Shown piece after piece: positions 38,752 through 48,309 of a DNA stretch of 51,747 bases (position 1 is its first letter; every line of letters begins with the position of its first letter). This DNA comes from Myxococcales bacterium (GTDB lineage: Bacteria > Myxococcota_A > UBA9042): assembly GCA_947499075.1 (NCBI GenBank), contig CANMNA010000004.1, positions 1 to 51,747 on the forward strand, written 5' to 3'. Both the position numbers and the translations under genes were made by a program. A model generated the notes under the pieces. That model had not been told where the DNA came from, ran no database searches, and was given only the letters and a program-made list of their open reading frames with translations.

Positions 38752-40464
38752 CTACTTGCCCGGCAAGTGCAGGACTTGCACCACAGCCAGACACATTTCG
38801 TCCAGCGTCGTTTCGCCAAGCTTGACCGTGATTGGGGCGGCCTTGCCCTCATCCTTCAAGGCTTTGGCCACGAATGGGTTGCCTAGCGTGTTGTCATACG
38901 TGCACTTCAGCCGCAGCTTGTCGCCACCGCCCAATACTGGCAGTTGATCGATCGCGGTGTCGTAGACATAGATGCGCTGCCAATTGAAGTCCCAATTGGG
39001 TGTCTCCAGCAGACACTCTTGAGCGGGGCCAGTCGTCACGCCAGGCGGGACTGCAGTGCACGCCGCTCCTATTTGATCCTGCGGGGTGCCTTTGATGACC
39101 TGTTTCTGAAGGCACTCGCCACACAGGCCGTCAATGGCCGCCACTTCGCCTTTGCACGCAGCCTGCGCACACATGGCCAGTTCCATGCCGGCCTTGCCCG
39201 GACAGGCTTTCTGCAGGCAGTCGCCCAACGGGCCCAGCACAGCCTCGGTACAGGGCGCCTTGGGCGGCGATCGCTCGACGGAAATTTGCATCGACCGCCC
39301 GACGTAGTGCATGTGGGTGCCGACCGCGTAAATCTTGAGCTGCGGCATGGCTTTGCCGTTCATGGCCGCAGGAATTGTGAACAGCATCTCTTCGGTGTGA
39401 TCCTTGACGTTGGCCGGAATGACAAACTGCGGCTTGCCACCGCTGTCGTTGGGCCCGGGCAGCAGGCCTTCACCGTTTTGGCCACTCGGAGCGTTGCCAA
39501 TCAGCACCGTGTCACCCAGCATCGTCGGCTCACCTTTGACGTAGCGCAGTTGCACCTTGGTGAGATCACTGGCCGCCACGCCGCCATTGGGGTGGTAGTG
39601 GACCTGCATCACGATCTTGCTGCCTTTGGGGAGCTCGGCACCCATGCCCTCTGGGAATTGCATTGGCACCGACCCCGGTGCCCACGCCGCGATCAAGTTG
39701 CCCTGTTGATCCAAGCCGGGCGAACCGAAGCAGTCATACTGACCGTCCTTGTTGGCAAGCTTGGCCGAGCTGTTGTTGGGGTCGACAAACAGCAGCACAT
39801 GGTGGACAACCAGCGGATTGCCCGGCAGGACCTGCGTGCCGTTGAGGTAACGCTTCTGATCCAGCTGCGCGTCGAGCACAAAGCAGCGCATTTGGTCTTT
39901 GGCCCCGGAGGCAACGTAAGGCGCCTTGGGAGCAGCGGTGACATCAGGAGCGCTGAGGTTGAGCGACGGTCCAGGGGCGATCGGCTTGGCTGAGGCTGAA
40001 TCACCTTCGGGTGAGCCGTTGGCGGTCCAGTCGCCCAGGGCCTTGCGCTCAGCGGCGGTCAGGCGAAGGTCATGCTTCCAGCCTCGCAGTGGCTTGCAAC
40101 TCGGTGTATCCCAAGCGCTCCACGGCGGCATGCGCCGCTCGTCGATGGCAGTGACACCGCTGCCAGCCATCGCCTTGGCCATCGCGTAGTTGTCCAAGCC
40201 AAAGGGCCCGACGCCGCCGCTGGTGTGGCATCCGGTACAGCGCAAAGCCAGGATCTGTTTGATGTCGACATGATACGTTGGCCCAATCGCAGCGACTGTG
40301 GCATCGGCTTGGGCGGAGTCTGCTGGGCTTGCCGCGTCGCTGGTCGCGGTAGTGTCGGCGGCACCGACGTCGACCGCCCCACCAGAGCCCGTTGATGACC
40401 CGGCGCTGGTCGCACAGGCGCCACAGGCCAGCGCGATCGAGGCCATACACATTCTTGCTTGCAT
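38752..40464 (-). CDS. Lipoprotein: c-type heme domain plus copper type II ascorbate-dependent monooxygenase (PHM/DBH-like) with a Cys-rich insert
   Basis: Lipobox-like CGAC; CTGCH heme motif and RMPP; copper-ligand motifs VVHH, QVHY, HMH, EMC; WDFNWQ. Confidence 0.85.
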   Translation of the reverse strand: MQARMCMASIALACGACATSAGSSTGSGGAVDVGAADTTATSDAASPADSAQADATVAAIGPTYHVDIKQILALRCTGCHTSGGVGPFGLDNYAMAKAMAGSGVTAIDERRMPPWSAWDTPSCKPLRGWKHDLRLTAAERKALGDWTANGSPEGDSASAKPIAPGPSLNLSAPDVTAAPKAPYVASGAKDQMRCFVLDAQLDQKRYLNGTQVLPGNPLVVHHVLLFVDPNNSSAKLANKDGQYDCFGSPGLDQQGNLIAAWAPGSVPMQFPEGMGAELPKGSKIVMQVHYHPNGGVAASDLTKVQLRYVKGEPTMLGDTVLIGNAPSGQNGEGLLPGPNDSGGKPQFVIPANVKDHTEEMLFTIPAAMNGKAMPQLKIYAVGTHMHYVGRSMQISVERSPPKAPCTEAVLGPLGDCLQKACPGKAGMELAMCAQAACKGEVAAIDGLCGECLQKQVIKGTPQDQIGAACTAVPPGVTTGPAQECLLETPNWDFNWQRIYVYDTAIDQLPVLGGGDKLRLKCTYDNTLGNPFVAKALKDEGKAAPITVKLGETTLDEMCLAVVQVLHLPGK

Positions 40465-40606
40465 GGCTGTTCTGCCCCGCGGCGCTTGGTTGCCGCTTCA
40501 CGCTGTGGCCTGCTCGCACCATCCTGCCGGCCAGCGTGCGCGGCAGCATAGGCCAGTGGCGAACAGGAGCGCTAGCGGGGCCCGACCAGCTGCAGTGGCG
40601 GCCGGT

Positions 40607-41329
40607 TCAGCGACGGCTGCCGAAAATACGCAGCAACGACAGGAAAAGATTGATGAAGTCGAGATACAGGTTCAAAGCTCCGATGAGCGCGGTCTTGCGG
40701 CGCTGTTCCGGGTTGGAAAATCCCATATACCCCATTTGCTTGAACTTCTGCACATCATAGGCCGTCAAGCCCGTGAAGATGAGTGCGCCCAAAACACTGA
40801 TCGCGAACTGCAAGGCAGACGACGCCAGGAACATGTTGACCACGGCTGCGATGATGATCGCAAACAGGCCCATCATCAGAAACGAGCCCATGCCCGTCAG
40901 GTCCTTCTTGGTCACCGCGCCGACCACCGCCATCGCCGTAAACGTTCCCGCTGTCACGAAGAACACTTGCGCCACTGAGGCACCCGTGTACATCAGCAAG
41001 ATGGGCGCAAAGGTCACGCCACTGAGCGCGGCATAGAACAGGAACGCACCGGCGGCCACCGTGCCCGACATCTTGCGGATGCCCGCCGAAAGCGCGATGA
41101 CCGTCACGAACTCCACAATGATCAGCGGAATGTACAGCCGAAGTGCAGCTTCCAACAGCGCAGGGGAGCTGAGCACGGCCATGGCGATGGCGCCTGACAG
41201 CGCCAAGGCGCCGCCCATCCAACCGAAGACTTGGTTCATGAAGCGCGCGGCCATTTCGGTGCGCGCGGTGGTCGCTACACTGCCGTCGCCGGTCCAAGGC
41301 TGGCCTTGATCAAGATCGAACTGAGACAT
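40607..41329 (-). CDS. Bax inhibitor-1/YccA family membrane protein
   Basis: Seven TM segments; TKKDL, FTGLTAYDVQ, ALNLYLDFINLFL.LLRIFG. Confidence 0.93.
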   Translation of the reverse strand: MSQFDLDQGQPWTGDGSVATTARTEMAARFMNQVFGWMGGALALSGAIAMAVLSSPALLEAALRLYIPLIIVEFVTVIALSAGIRKMSGTVAAGAFLFYAALSGVTFAPILLMYTGASVAQVFFVTAGTFTAMAVVGAVTKKDLTGMGSFLMMGLFAIIIAAVVNMFLASSALQFAISVLGALIFTGLTAYDVQKFKQMGYMGFSNPEQRRKTALIGALNLYLDFINLFLSLLRIFGSRR

Positions 41330-41405
41330 CTGGCCCCAAATGCCGCAACAACGTGCGGGTGTGGAGATCAGGATAGGCCGGTCGCTGCCCGGGTCAAGCC
41401 AGTGG

Positions 41406-43268
41406 CTAGTTCGCCGCCGCCGACACCTTGTCATAGCGCTTGCGGTCTGACTCGCGCAGGTAGCGCTTGCGAATGCGCAGCGACTTGGGCGTGACCTCGA
41501 CCAGCTCATCGTCGTCGATGAACTCCAGCGCTTCTTCCAACGTCAGCTTCTTGACCGGCGTCAGCAAGAGTTTTTCGTCGGCACCCGCAGAGCGGATGTT
41601 GGTCAGCTTCTTCTCGCGACCAGCATTGATCACCAAGTCGTTGTCGCGGTTGTGGATGCCGATGACCTGACCCTCGTAGACATCGCTGCCCGGTCCGACG
41701 AAGAACGCGCCACGGTCCTGCAAGTTGAAGATGCCGTATTGGGTGGTGACGCCCAACTCAAGGGCGACAAGTGCACCGTTCTGGCGCCGCCGGATCTCGC
41801 CGCGCCAGGGGCCGAATTCGGCAAACGTGTGGTACAGCACGCCGGTGCCGCGGGTGTCGGTGAGGAATTGCGAGCGGTAGCCGATCAAGCCGCGCGACGG
41901 GCAGCGGAACTCCATGCGCGTTGTGCCATCGTCCTCGACACTCATGTTGCGCAAGTCGGCACCACGCTGGGATAACTTGTCGATCACGATGCCGGCGTAG
42001 GGCTCGGCGCACTCGCACACAACGTCTTCCACCGGCTCCAACTTGTGGCCCTGCGCATCCTTTTTGACGATCACGCGCGGCTGGCTGACCTGCAGCTCGT
42101 AGCCTTCGCGGCGCATGGTCTCGATCAAAATCGACAGGCTGAGTGTGCCCCGCCCGAACACTTTGATCGAGTCTGGGCTTTCGGTGTCTTCAATCCGCAG
42201 TGACACGTTGGATTCCAGCTCCTTGTACAGCCGCTCGCGCACGTGGCGGGTGGTCACGAACTTGCCGTCTTTGCCCGCAAATGGCGAGTTGTTGACGATG
42301 AAGTCCATCGACAGCGTCGGCTCATCGACCGGAATCACCGGCATCGGCTCGATCGAGCCTTCGGCGCACAGCGTCTCGCCGACTGTCACGTCGCCCACGC
42401 CAGCCAGTGCAATGATGTCGCCGGCTTGGGCCATCTCGACGTCGATACGCTCTGTCCCCAAAAAGCCCATCAGCTTGACGATACGCAGCGGTTGGGTCGA
42501 GCCGTCCAAGCGCACCTGGATCATGCGGTCGCCCTTCTTGATGACGCCACGGTAGATGCGGCCGATCGCGATGCGGCCGAGAAAATCATTGCGGTCCAGC
42601 GTCGCCACCTGAAACTGTGCCGGCGCCTCGAGTTCGAACTCGCAAGGCTGGACGTGTTCCATGATCATGTCGAGCAGCGGCCCCAAGTCCTTGCCTTTTT
42701 GCTTCTCGGCCATCACGACTGGATCATCATCGAGGACATCGCCGTCGTCTTTGACGGCGTAACCAGAGCGACCCGAGGCGTAAATCACCGGAAAATCAAG
42801 CTGCTCCGGCTTGGCGTCCAGGGCGACGAACAGATCGAACACGGCATCGAGCACCTTGTTGACCTGACGATCAGGCCGGTCAATCTTGTTGATGCACACG
42901 ATCGGGCGCAGCCCCAACGCCAGCGACTTCTTGAGCACAAAGCGGGTCTGCGGCATTGGGCCTTCGCAAGCGTCGACGAGCAACAAGACAGAGTCGACCA
43001 TGCGTAGGATGCGTTCGACTTCGCCACCAAAGTCGGCGTGGCCGGGCGTATCGACGATGTTGATGACCTGCCCTTTCCACCTGATCGAGGTGTTCTTGGC
43101 CAAAATGGTGATCCCGCGCTCGCGCTCGAGGTCGTTGCTGTCCATGACTCGCTCGTAGGCGAGGCCGGTCCGGCCAGTCGCGCCGGCTTGGGTCAAGATT
43201 TGGTCGATGAGCGTCGTCTTGCCGTGATCGACGTGGGCGATGATGCCAATGTTGCGAACGCGATCCAT
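41406..43268 (-). CDS. typA: Translational GTPase TypA/BipA
   Basis: [57 protein letters not shown]. Confidence 0.97.
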   Translation of the reverse strand: MDRVRNIGIIAHVDHGKTTLIDQILTQAGATGRTGLAYERVMDSNDLERERGITILAKNTSIRWKGQVINIVDTPGHADFGGEVERILRMVDSVLLLVDACEGPMPQTRFVLKKSLALGLRPIVCINKIDRPDRQVNKVLDAVFDLFVALDAKPEQLDFPVIYASGRSGYAVKDDGDVLDDDPVVMAEKQKGKDLGPLLDMIMEHVQPCEFELEAPAQFQVATLDRNDFLGRIAIGRIYRGVIKKGDRMIQVRLDGSTQPLRIVKLMGFLGTERIDVEMAQAGDIIALAGVGDVTVGETLCAEGSIEPMPVIPVDEPTLSMDFIVNNSPFAGKDGKFVTTRHVRERLYKELESNVSLRIEDTESPDSIKVFGRGTLSLSILIETMRREGYELQVSQPRVIVKKDAQGHKLEPVEDVVCECAEPYAGIVIDKLSQRGADLRNMSVEDDGTTRMEFRCPSRGLIGYRSQFLTDTRGTGVLYHTFAEFGPWRGEIRRRQNGALVALELGVTTQYGIFNLQDRGAFFVGPGSDVYEGQVIGIHNRDNDLVINAGREKKLTNIRSAGADEKLLLTPVKKLTLEEALEFIDDDELVEVTPKSLRIRKRYLRESDRKRYDKVSAAAN

Positions 43269-43404
43269 AAACACATTCTCCAGCCGCACGGGACCGGCAC
43301 AGGGCCGGCGAGGGCCGAGGAGTGTGCCACGATTGGCAGTGGTAAGCGAGGGTCAACCGGTCGATTGATCGCGGCTGAAAGGGACTCTGTGCTTCAAGCA
43401 GCAG

Positions 43405-43815
43405 TTATTTCGAGCTTGCAGTACCGGCGCTGACGTCGCACGGGCACTGGCGCGGCACCTTCTTGCGGTGATCGCGGCAGCGCTCGCGCGTGACATCGCA
43501 GCGGGCGCCCAGTGGCTCGTTCTTGGGGTGCGTTGCAGACAGATCGCAGACTTTGCTCGACAGAATGCAGCTTTGCGCCGAGCGGTTACACATCTCGTAG
43601 CACAGCTCAAGCGCATCGTCTTGAGCGGCAGTCGATTGAATCTGGTAGCCGAGATTCCTCTGCTGCACTGTGTATTCATTGACTAAGCTTTGATCCTCCT
43701 GGGCGAGGTCACCCAGACGATCGACAACGTCGGAATTGCCGGAGCAGCCAGATGCAACAGCAGCCGAAGCCAGAACAAGCGTATGAACAAGGAGTTGGCG
43801 AAATGCGCGCGACAT
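43405..43815 (-). CDS. Small Cys-rich lipoprotein
   Basis: MSRAFRQLLVHTLVLASAAVASGC lipobox; C-terminal helical Cys cluster (CYEMC...C...C...C...C...CPC). Confidence 0.7.
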   Translation of the reverse strand: MSRAFRQLLVHTLVLASAAVASGCSGNSDVVDRLGDLAQEDQSLVNEYTVQQRNLGYQIQSTAAQDDALELCYEMCNRSAQSCILSSKVCDLSATHPKNEPLGARCDVTRERCRDHRKKVPRQCPCDVSAGTASSK

Positions 43816-43932
43816 GGGCCCAGTACGCAGCCGGTTCGCTGCGACCGCAAGTGTAGGCATCTGTTGGCGACCGCACAAGTACTTTGGCGTTTGACTGATT
43901 CGGGGTTGCCGCGGACGCCCAGAGGGCCGAAA

Positions 43933-45795
43933 ATGGCTGCGGTGCACGCCCGATGCGCCGCGAAGTTCCCCGTGCATTCTAGCCGCACCGTTGTAGATTT
44001 GTTTGAGAATGCCGTTGCCGGGGCGCCGGACAAGGTCATCTTGCGCTGCAAAGTGGCCGGGCGCTGGCAGACCACAACCCTTGAACAATGGCGTGACATT
44101 TCGGCGCGCTGGGCACTGGGCCTGATTGCGCTGGGCCTGGAACCAGGGCAGCGCGTGGCGATAGCGGCGACAACGCGACGCGAGTGGATGTTCGCCGACA
44201 TGGCGATCGTGCTGGCGGGCGGTGTCACCGTGCCGATTTACCCCAGCGCGTTGGCAGATGACGTGGCCTGGCTGGCGGGGCACGCGGCAATTCGCTTCGC
44301 TTTTGTCGAGAGCCATGATCAGGTTGCCAAGCTCGCGGGCCATCGCGCAGCGCTACCGCAACTGCAAACGGTGATCGTCTGGGATGACCAACCGGGCGCG
44401 GCGGCCCAAGGCCCGGGCTTGCCAGGGTCGGCGCTCGACTGGCTGATCCGCAGCGCTGATTTGGAACGCTTGGGCGACGCGACGCCAGCAACGGTACTGG
44501 CGGATCGCCGTGGCGGGATCGACGCGGGCGATCCGTGCACGATTGTGTATACCTCGGGCACAACAGGTCGGCCCAAAGGCGCAGTCCTGAGCCACGGAGC
44601 GTTTGTGTTCGAAGCGCTGGCCTGCTCGACTGCGCTGGATGTGCGACCGGACGACTGCCTGTTTCTGTTCCTGCCGCTCGCCCACAGCTTCGCCAAGATG
44701 GTGTACGTGGTGTGCATGGCGCTGCGCACCGAGATGGCGATTCCAGCCTCGATGGAGACGCTGATCGCCGATTTGGCCGAAGCGGCACCGACGGTGATGC
44801 CCAGCGTGCCGCGGGTGTTCGAGAAGGTGCACACCAAGATCATGGCAGGCGTGCAGGCCGCCGGTCCAGTGCGCCAAAATGTTTTTGCTTTGGCGCTGCG
44901 GATCGGCAAACGGGTCGCCAAGCTGCAACTGGACGGCAGGCAGCCTGATGCCCTGCTGCGGGCCCAACACGAGCTGGCACAGCGTTTGGTGTTTCGCAAG
45001 ATTGCCGCGGTGTTCGGTGGTCGCATCCGGGGCTTTATTTCAGGTGGCGCGCCGCTGTCGCCTGAGCTCGCCGAGTTCTTCTTTGCGGTCGGCCTGCCGA
45101 TCTTTGAAGGCTATGGCATGACTGAGAATTGCGCCGCAGCAACCGTCAACAAGCCGGGTGCGTGCAAGATTGGCACAGTCGGGCGGCCGATCACTGGCGT
45201 CGAGATCAGCGTCGCTGACGACGGCGAAGTGCTGATTCGCGGCGCCAACTTGATGTTGGGCTACTTGGACAACCCGGAAGCGACGGCGCTGGCGCTCGAC
45301 AGCGAAGGGTGGCTGCACACCGGCGACGTCGGCGAGATCGACAGCGACGGCTACCTGCGCATCACCGATCGCAAGAAAGACATCATCATCACGGCGGGCG
45401 GCAAGAACATCGCGCCGCAAAATATCGAGGCGCACTTCAAGAACTGTCCGTTTATCAGCAATTGCATGGTCTACGGCGACAAGCGCAAGTTCTTGTCGAT
45501 GTTGGTGACGCTCGACGAATACGCGGTCACCCAGTGGGCAGATCAACAGGGCGTGCGGTCGACTAGTTTTGCCGAGTTGGCCCAAAAGCCAGAGATGTAC
45601 CGGTTGCTGCAGGAGCACGTAGATGCCCGCAACCGAGGGCTGGCGAGCTATGAGACAATCAAGAAATTCGCGATCCTCGACCGCGACTTCAGCATCGAGG
45701 AGGGCGAGATCACGCCGTCGATGAAGTTGCGCCGCCGCGAGGTGACACACAAGCACCAAGGTCTGCTCGACTCGTTCTACACCGAGCACTACTAG
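43933..45795 (+). CDS. Long-chain fatty-acid--CoA ligase (AMP-dependent synthetase, FadD15-like)
   Basis: YTSGTTGRPKG, FLPLAH, EGYGMTE, GWLHTGD, ITDRKKDIIITAGGKNIAP, TPSMK. Confidence 0.93.
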   Translation: MAAVHARCAAKFPVHSSRTVVDLFENAVAGAPDKVILRCKVAGRWQTTTLEQWRDISARWALGLIALGLEPGQRVAIAATTRREWMFADMAIVLAGGVTVPIYPSALADDVAWLAGHAAIRFAFVESHDQVAKLAGHRAALPQLQTVIVWDDQPGAAAQGPGLPGSALDWLIRSADLERLGDATPATVLADRRGGIDAGDPCTIVYTSGTTGRPKGAVLSHGAFVFEALACSTALDVRPDDCLFLFLPLAHSFAKMVYVVCMALRTEMAIPASMETLIADLAEAAPTVMPSVPRVFEKVHTKIMAGVQAAGPVRQNVFALALRIGKRVAKLQLDGRQPDALLRAQHELAQRLVFRKIAAVFGGRIRGFISGGAPLSPELAEFFFAVGLPIFEGYGMTENCAAATVNKPGACKIGTVGRPITGVEISVADDGEVLIRGANLMLGYLDNPEATALALDSEGWLHTGDVGEIDSDGYLRITDRKKDIIITAGGKNIAPQNIEAHFKNCPFISNCMVYGDKRKFLSMLVTLDEYAVTQWADQQGVRSTSFAELAQKPEMYRLLQEHVDARNRGLASYETIKKFAILDRDFSIEEGEITPSMKLRRREVTHKHQGLLDSFYTEHY

Positions 45796-45816
45796 CTGCG
45801 GCGACAAGGATTTAGG

Positions 45817-46560
45817 CTGGACACTTCGCCGAAAACGCTCATTTGTGTGCCAACTTACAACGAGCGCGACAACCTGCCGTTGCTGGTCGAAGCGATCTTT
45901 GGCGTCGTGCCGCAAGTAGAGATTCTGGTCATCGACGACAACAGCCCAGATGGCACTGGGCAGCTGGCTGACACGCTGGCTTTGGCTGACGCCCGTGTCC
46001 ACGTGCTGCACCGCCAGGAAAAGCAAGGGCTGGGGCGGGCCTACATCGCTGGATTTCAGTGGGCGCTGGCCCGGGACTACGCGCTTGTCTTCGAGATGGA
46101 CTGCGATTTTTCCCACCCGCCGCGGTTCTTGCCGGCGTTTCTGGACAAGGCCAAAACCTGCGATCTGGTCCTAGGCTCTCGGTACATCCCGGGCGGCGGG
46201 ACGCAAGACTGGGACTGGCGGCGGCGCCTGATCTCGCGGGGTGGCAACATGTACGCGCAGTTGATTCTCGGCTTGCCGTACCGAGACCTGACCGGCGGTT
46301 TCAAGTGCTTTCATCGCCACGTGTTGGCCGCCCTGCCGCTGGACCAGATCGTCTCGAACGGCTACGTCTTTCAGATCGAGTTGACGTGGCGGGCGGTGAT
46401 CGCGGGATTTCGCATCGGCGAGGTGCCCATTGAGTTTCCGGACCGCACGCGCGGTCAGTCCAAAATGTCTGGCGCGATCGTCAACGAGGCGGTCGTCAAC
46501 GTGTGGAAATTGCGATTTGCGCGCGCAAAGCTGCGGGCGCAGGCCCAGCGCTCCACCTAG
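45817..46560 (+). CDS. Polyprenol monophosphomannose synthase-like GT2 (Ppm1/Dpm1); probable CTG start
   Basis: (KTLIC)VPTYNERDNL, IDDNSPDGTG, KQGLGRAY, MDCDFSHPP, DLTGGFK, FPDRTRGQSKMS. Confidence 0.9.
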   Translation: MDTSPKTLICVPTYNERDNLPLLVEAIFGVVPQVEILVIDDNSPDGTGQLADTLALADARVHVLHRQEKQGLGRAYIAGFQWALARDYALVFEMDCDFSHPPRFLPAFLDKAKTCDLVLGSRYIPGGGTQDWDWRRRLISRGGNMYAQLILGLPYRDLTGGFKCFHRHVLAALPLDQIVSNGYVFQIELTWRAVIAGFRIGEVPIEFPDRTRGQSKMSGAIVNEAVVNVWKLRFARAKLRAQAQRST

Positions 46561-46773
46561 CAGACTTTGGGTCTCAACCGATGGCCGGTTCAGCTATTTT
46601 TCGATGGGCGGCGACGGATGCGGGTCGTTTTGTGGCTGTTCAGGATCGCCCATCCGTGCGATGCTAGGCCCGGCGGTGCCAGACGCGTGTAGACGCCTCA
46701 AGAGCCGCACAAACCGGAAGCCGAATCGCCCCATTTTGCGTCGTCGTCCATTCCAGATTTCGCGAGGTAGCCA

Positions 46774-47304
46774 ATGAGTTCCACCCCTAACGCGCTGCTT
46801 GGCCGCGGTGCTGAGTTTGAAGGCAAGCTGACATTTGAAGGCACTGTGCACATTGAGGGTCGCTTCAAAGGCGAGATCTTCTCAGAAGGCACTTTGGTAG
46901 TCGGCGAAGGGGCTGAAGTCCATGCCGAAATCCGCGTGGGCTCGGTGGTCATTCAGGGCAACGTCGTCGGCAACGTGACCGCTTCGGACACCGTCGAGTT
47001 GCTGGCCCCGGCCAGCCTGCGCGGCAACATTGCCTCGCCAGCGCTGCACATTGGCAAGGGCGTGTTCTTTGACGGCGCGTGCCAAATGACTTCGAAGGAT
47101 CCGCAGCCCGTGTCGCGCGCAGCGGCCCAGCATGTCACCCGTTCGTCGCAGGTGCCGTCGATGCAGCAGCCGCCACCGATGCCGGCCATGCGCGAGTCGC
47201 AGCAGGTGGTGATGGCCGCGCAGGCACAACAGCGGCCGTCTGGCATCTTCCTGCCTGAGCCGAGCAACACGCGGGCTTCAGGCGAGTTGCCGCACAAGTT
47301 TTAG
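46774..47304 (+). CDS. Bactofilin (polymer-forming cytoskeletal protein) with a Pro/Gln-rich C-terminal tail
   Basis: LLGRGAEFEGKLTFEGTVHIEGRFKGEI beta-helix repeats, G..FDG.CQM; GAGG RBS. Confidence 0.92.
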   Translation: MSSTPNALLGRGAEFEGKLTFEGTVHIEGRFKGEIFSEGTLVVGEGAEVHAEIRVGSVVIQGNVVGNVTASDTVELLAPASLRGNIASPALHIGKGVFFDGACQMTSKDPQPVSRAAAQHVTRSSQVPSMQQPPPMPAMRESQQVVMAAQAQQRPSGIFLPEPSNTRASGELPHKF

Positions 47305-47307
47305 CCG

Positions 47308-48288
47308 GTGCCGTCGTCGCTCCTGCACAACAGCGCCATCCGGCAGTACGGCTCGGGCCGCCCCTTGGTCGTGCTCGCGATGGGCGGCAATGCCCTGATG
47401 CGGCCAGAGGACGACGGCACGGCGGCGCAGCAGTACAAGCGAGCCACTGAGGTCGCCAAGGTCTTGCATGGCCTATGTCGACGCGGGTACCGGGTGATGC
47501 TGGTCCACGGCAATGGTCCTCAGGTCGGTCAGGAGCTGATCCGCAGTGAAGAGGCCAGCACCAAGGTGCCGTTGGCGACACTGGACGCTTGCGTCGCGTC
47601 GACCCAGGGCACCATGGGCTTTCAGCTCGAGCTTGCCCTGTACAATCAAAGTCATACGCTGCGCGTGGCAACAATCCTGACTTTGGTCGAGGTGCATGCC
47701 CAAGACCCGGGTTTTGGTCGGCCGACCAAGCCGATTGGGCCGTTCTTCTCAGAGCATCGTGCCCGAGAATTGCAGCGGCGCAACAAGTGGCAAATGATCG
47801 AAGATGCGGGCCGGGGCTACCGCAAAGTGGTGGCGAGCCCGCGGCCTGTTGACGTCGTCAACCTCGGTGCCATCGACGCAGCCATCTCGCGCATGGACGT
47901 CGTGATCGCCGGCGGTGGTGGGGGCGTGCCGGTCGTCCGCGATGCCAATGGCCGCCTGTCTGGCGTCGAAGCCGTCATCGACAAGGACCTGACTTCGGCA
48001 CTCTTGGCCCAGTTGCTCGGCGCCCAGATGATGGTGGTGCTGACAGCTGTCGACCACGTCAGTCTGGACTTTGGCACACCAACGGAGCGCAAAGTCGCCG
48101 AGATGTCGCTGACGGAAGCCCGCAAGCACTTGGCCGATGGCCAGTTTCCGCCGGGCTCGATGGGCCCCAAGATCGCGGCTGCCGTGGAGTTTGCAGGTGC
48201 CACCGGACGGCCCGCAGCGATTGGGGCCGTCCAGCACATTGCCAAGATTTTGGCGGGAACGTCAGGGACGCGCGTAGTCCCCGACTGA
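47308..48288 (+). CDS. arcC: Carbamate kinase
   Basis: AMGGNAL, HGNGPQVG, PTKPIGPF, GGGGVPV, EAVIDKD, GSMGPK. Confidence 0.93.
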   Translation: MPSSLLHNSAIRQYGSGRPLVVLAMGGNALMRPEDDGTAAQQYKRATEVAKVLHGLCRRGYRVMLVHGNGPQVGQELIRSEEASTKVPLATLDACVASTQGTMGFQLELALYNQSHTLRVATILTLVEVHAQDPGFGRPTKPIGPFFSEHRARELQRRNKWQMIEDAGRGYRKVVASPRPVDVVNLGAIDAAISRMDVVIAGGGGGVPVVRDANGRLSGVEAVIDKDLTSALLAQLLGAQMMVVLTAVDHVSLDFGTPTERKVAEMSLTEARKHLADGQFPPGSMGPKIAAAVEFAGATGRPAAIGAVQHIAKILAGTSGTRVVPD

Positions 48289-48309
48289 CGCGCCCGATCT
48301 GCGCATGGG

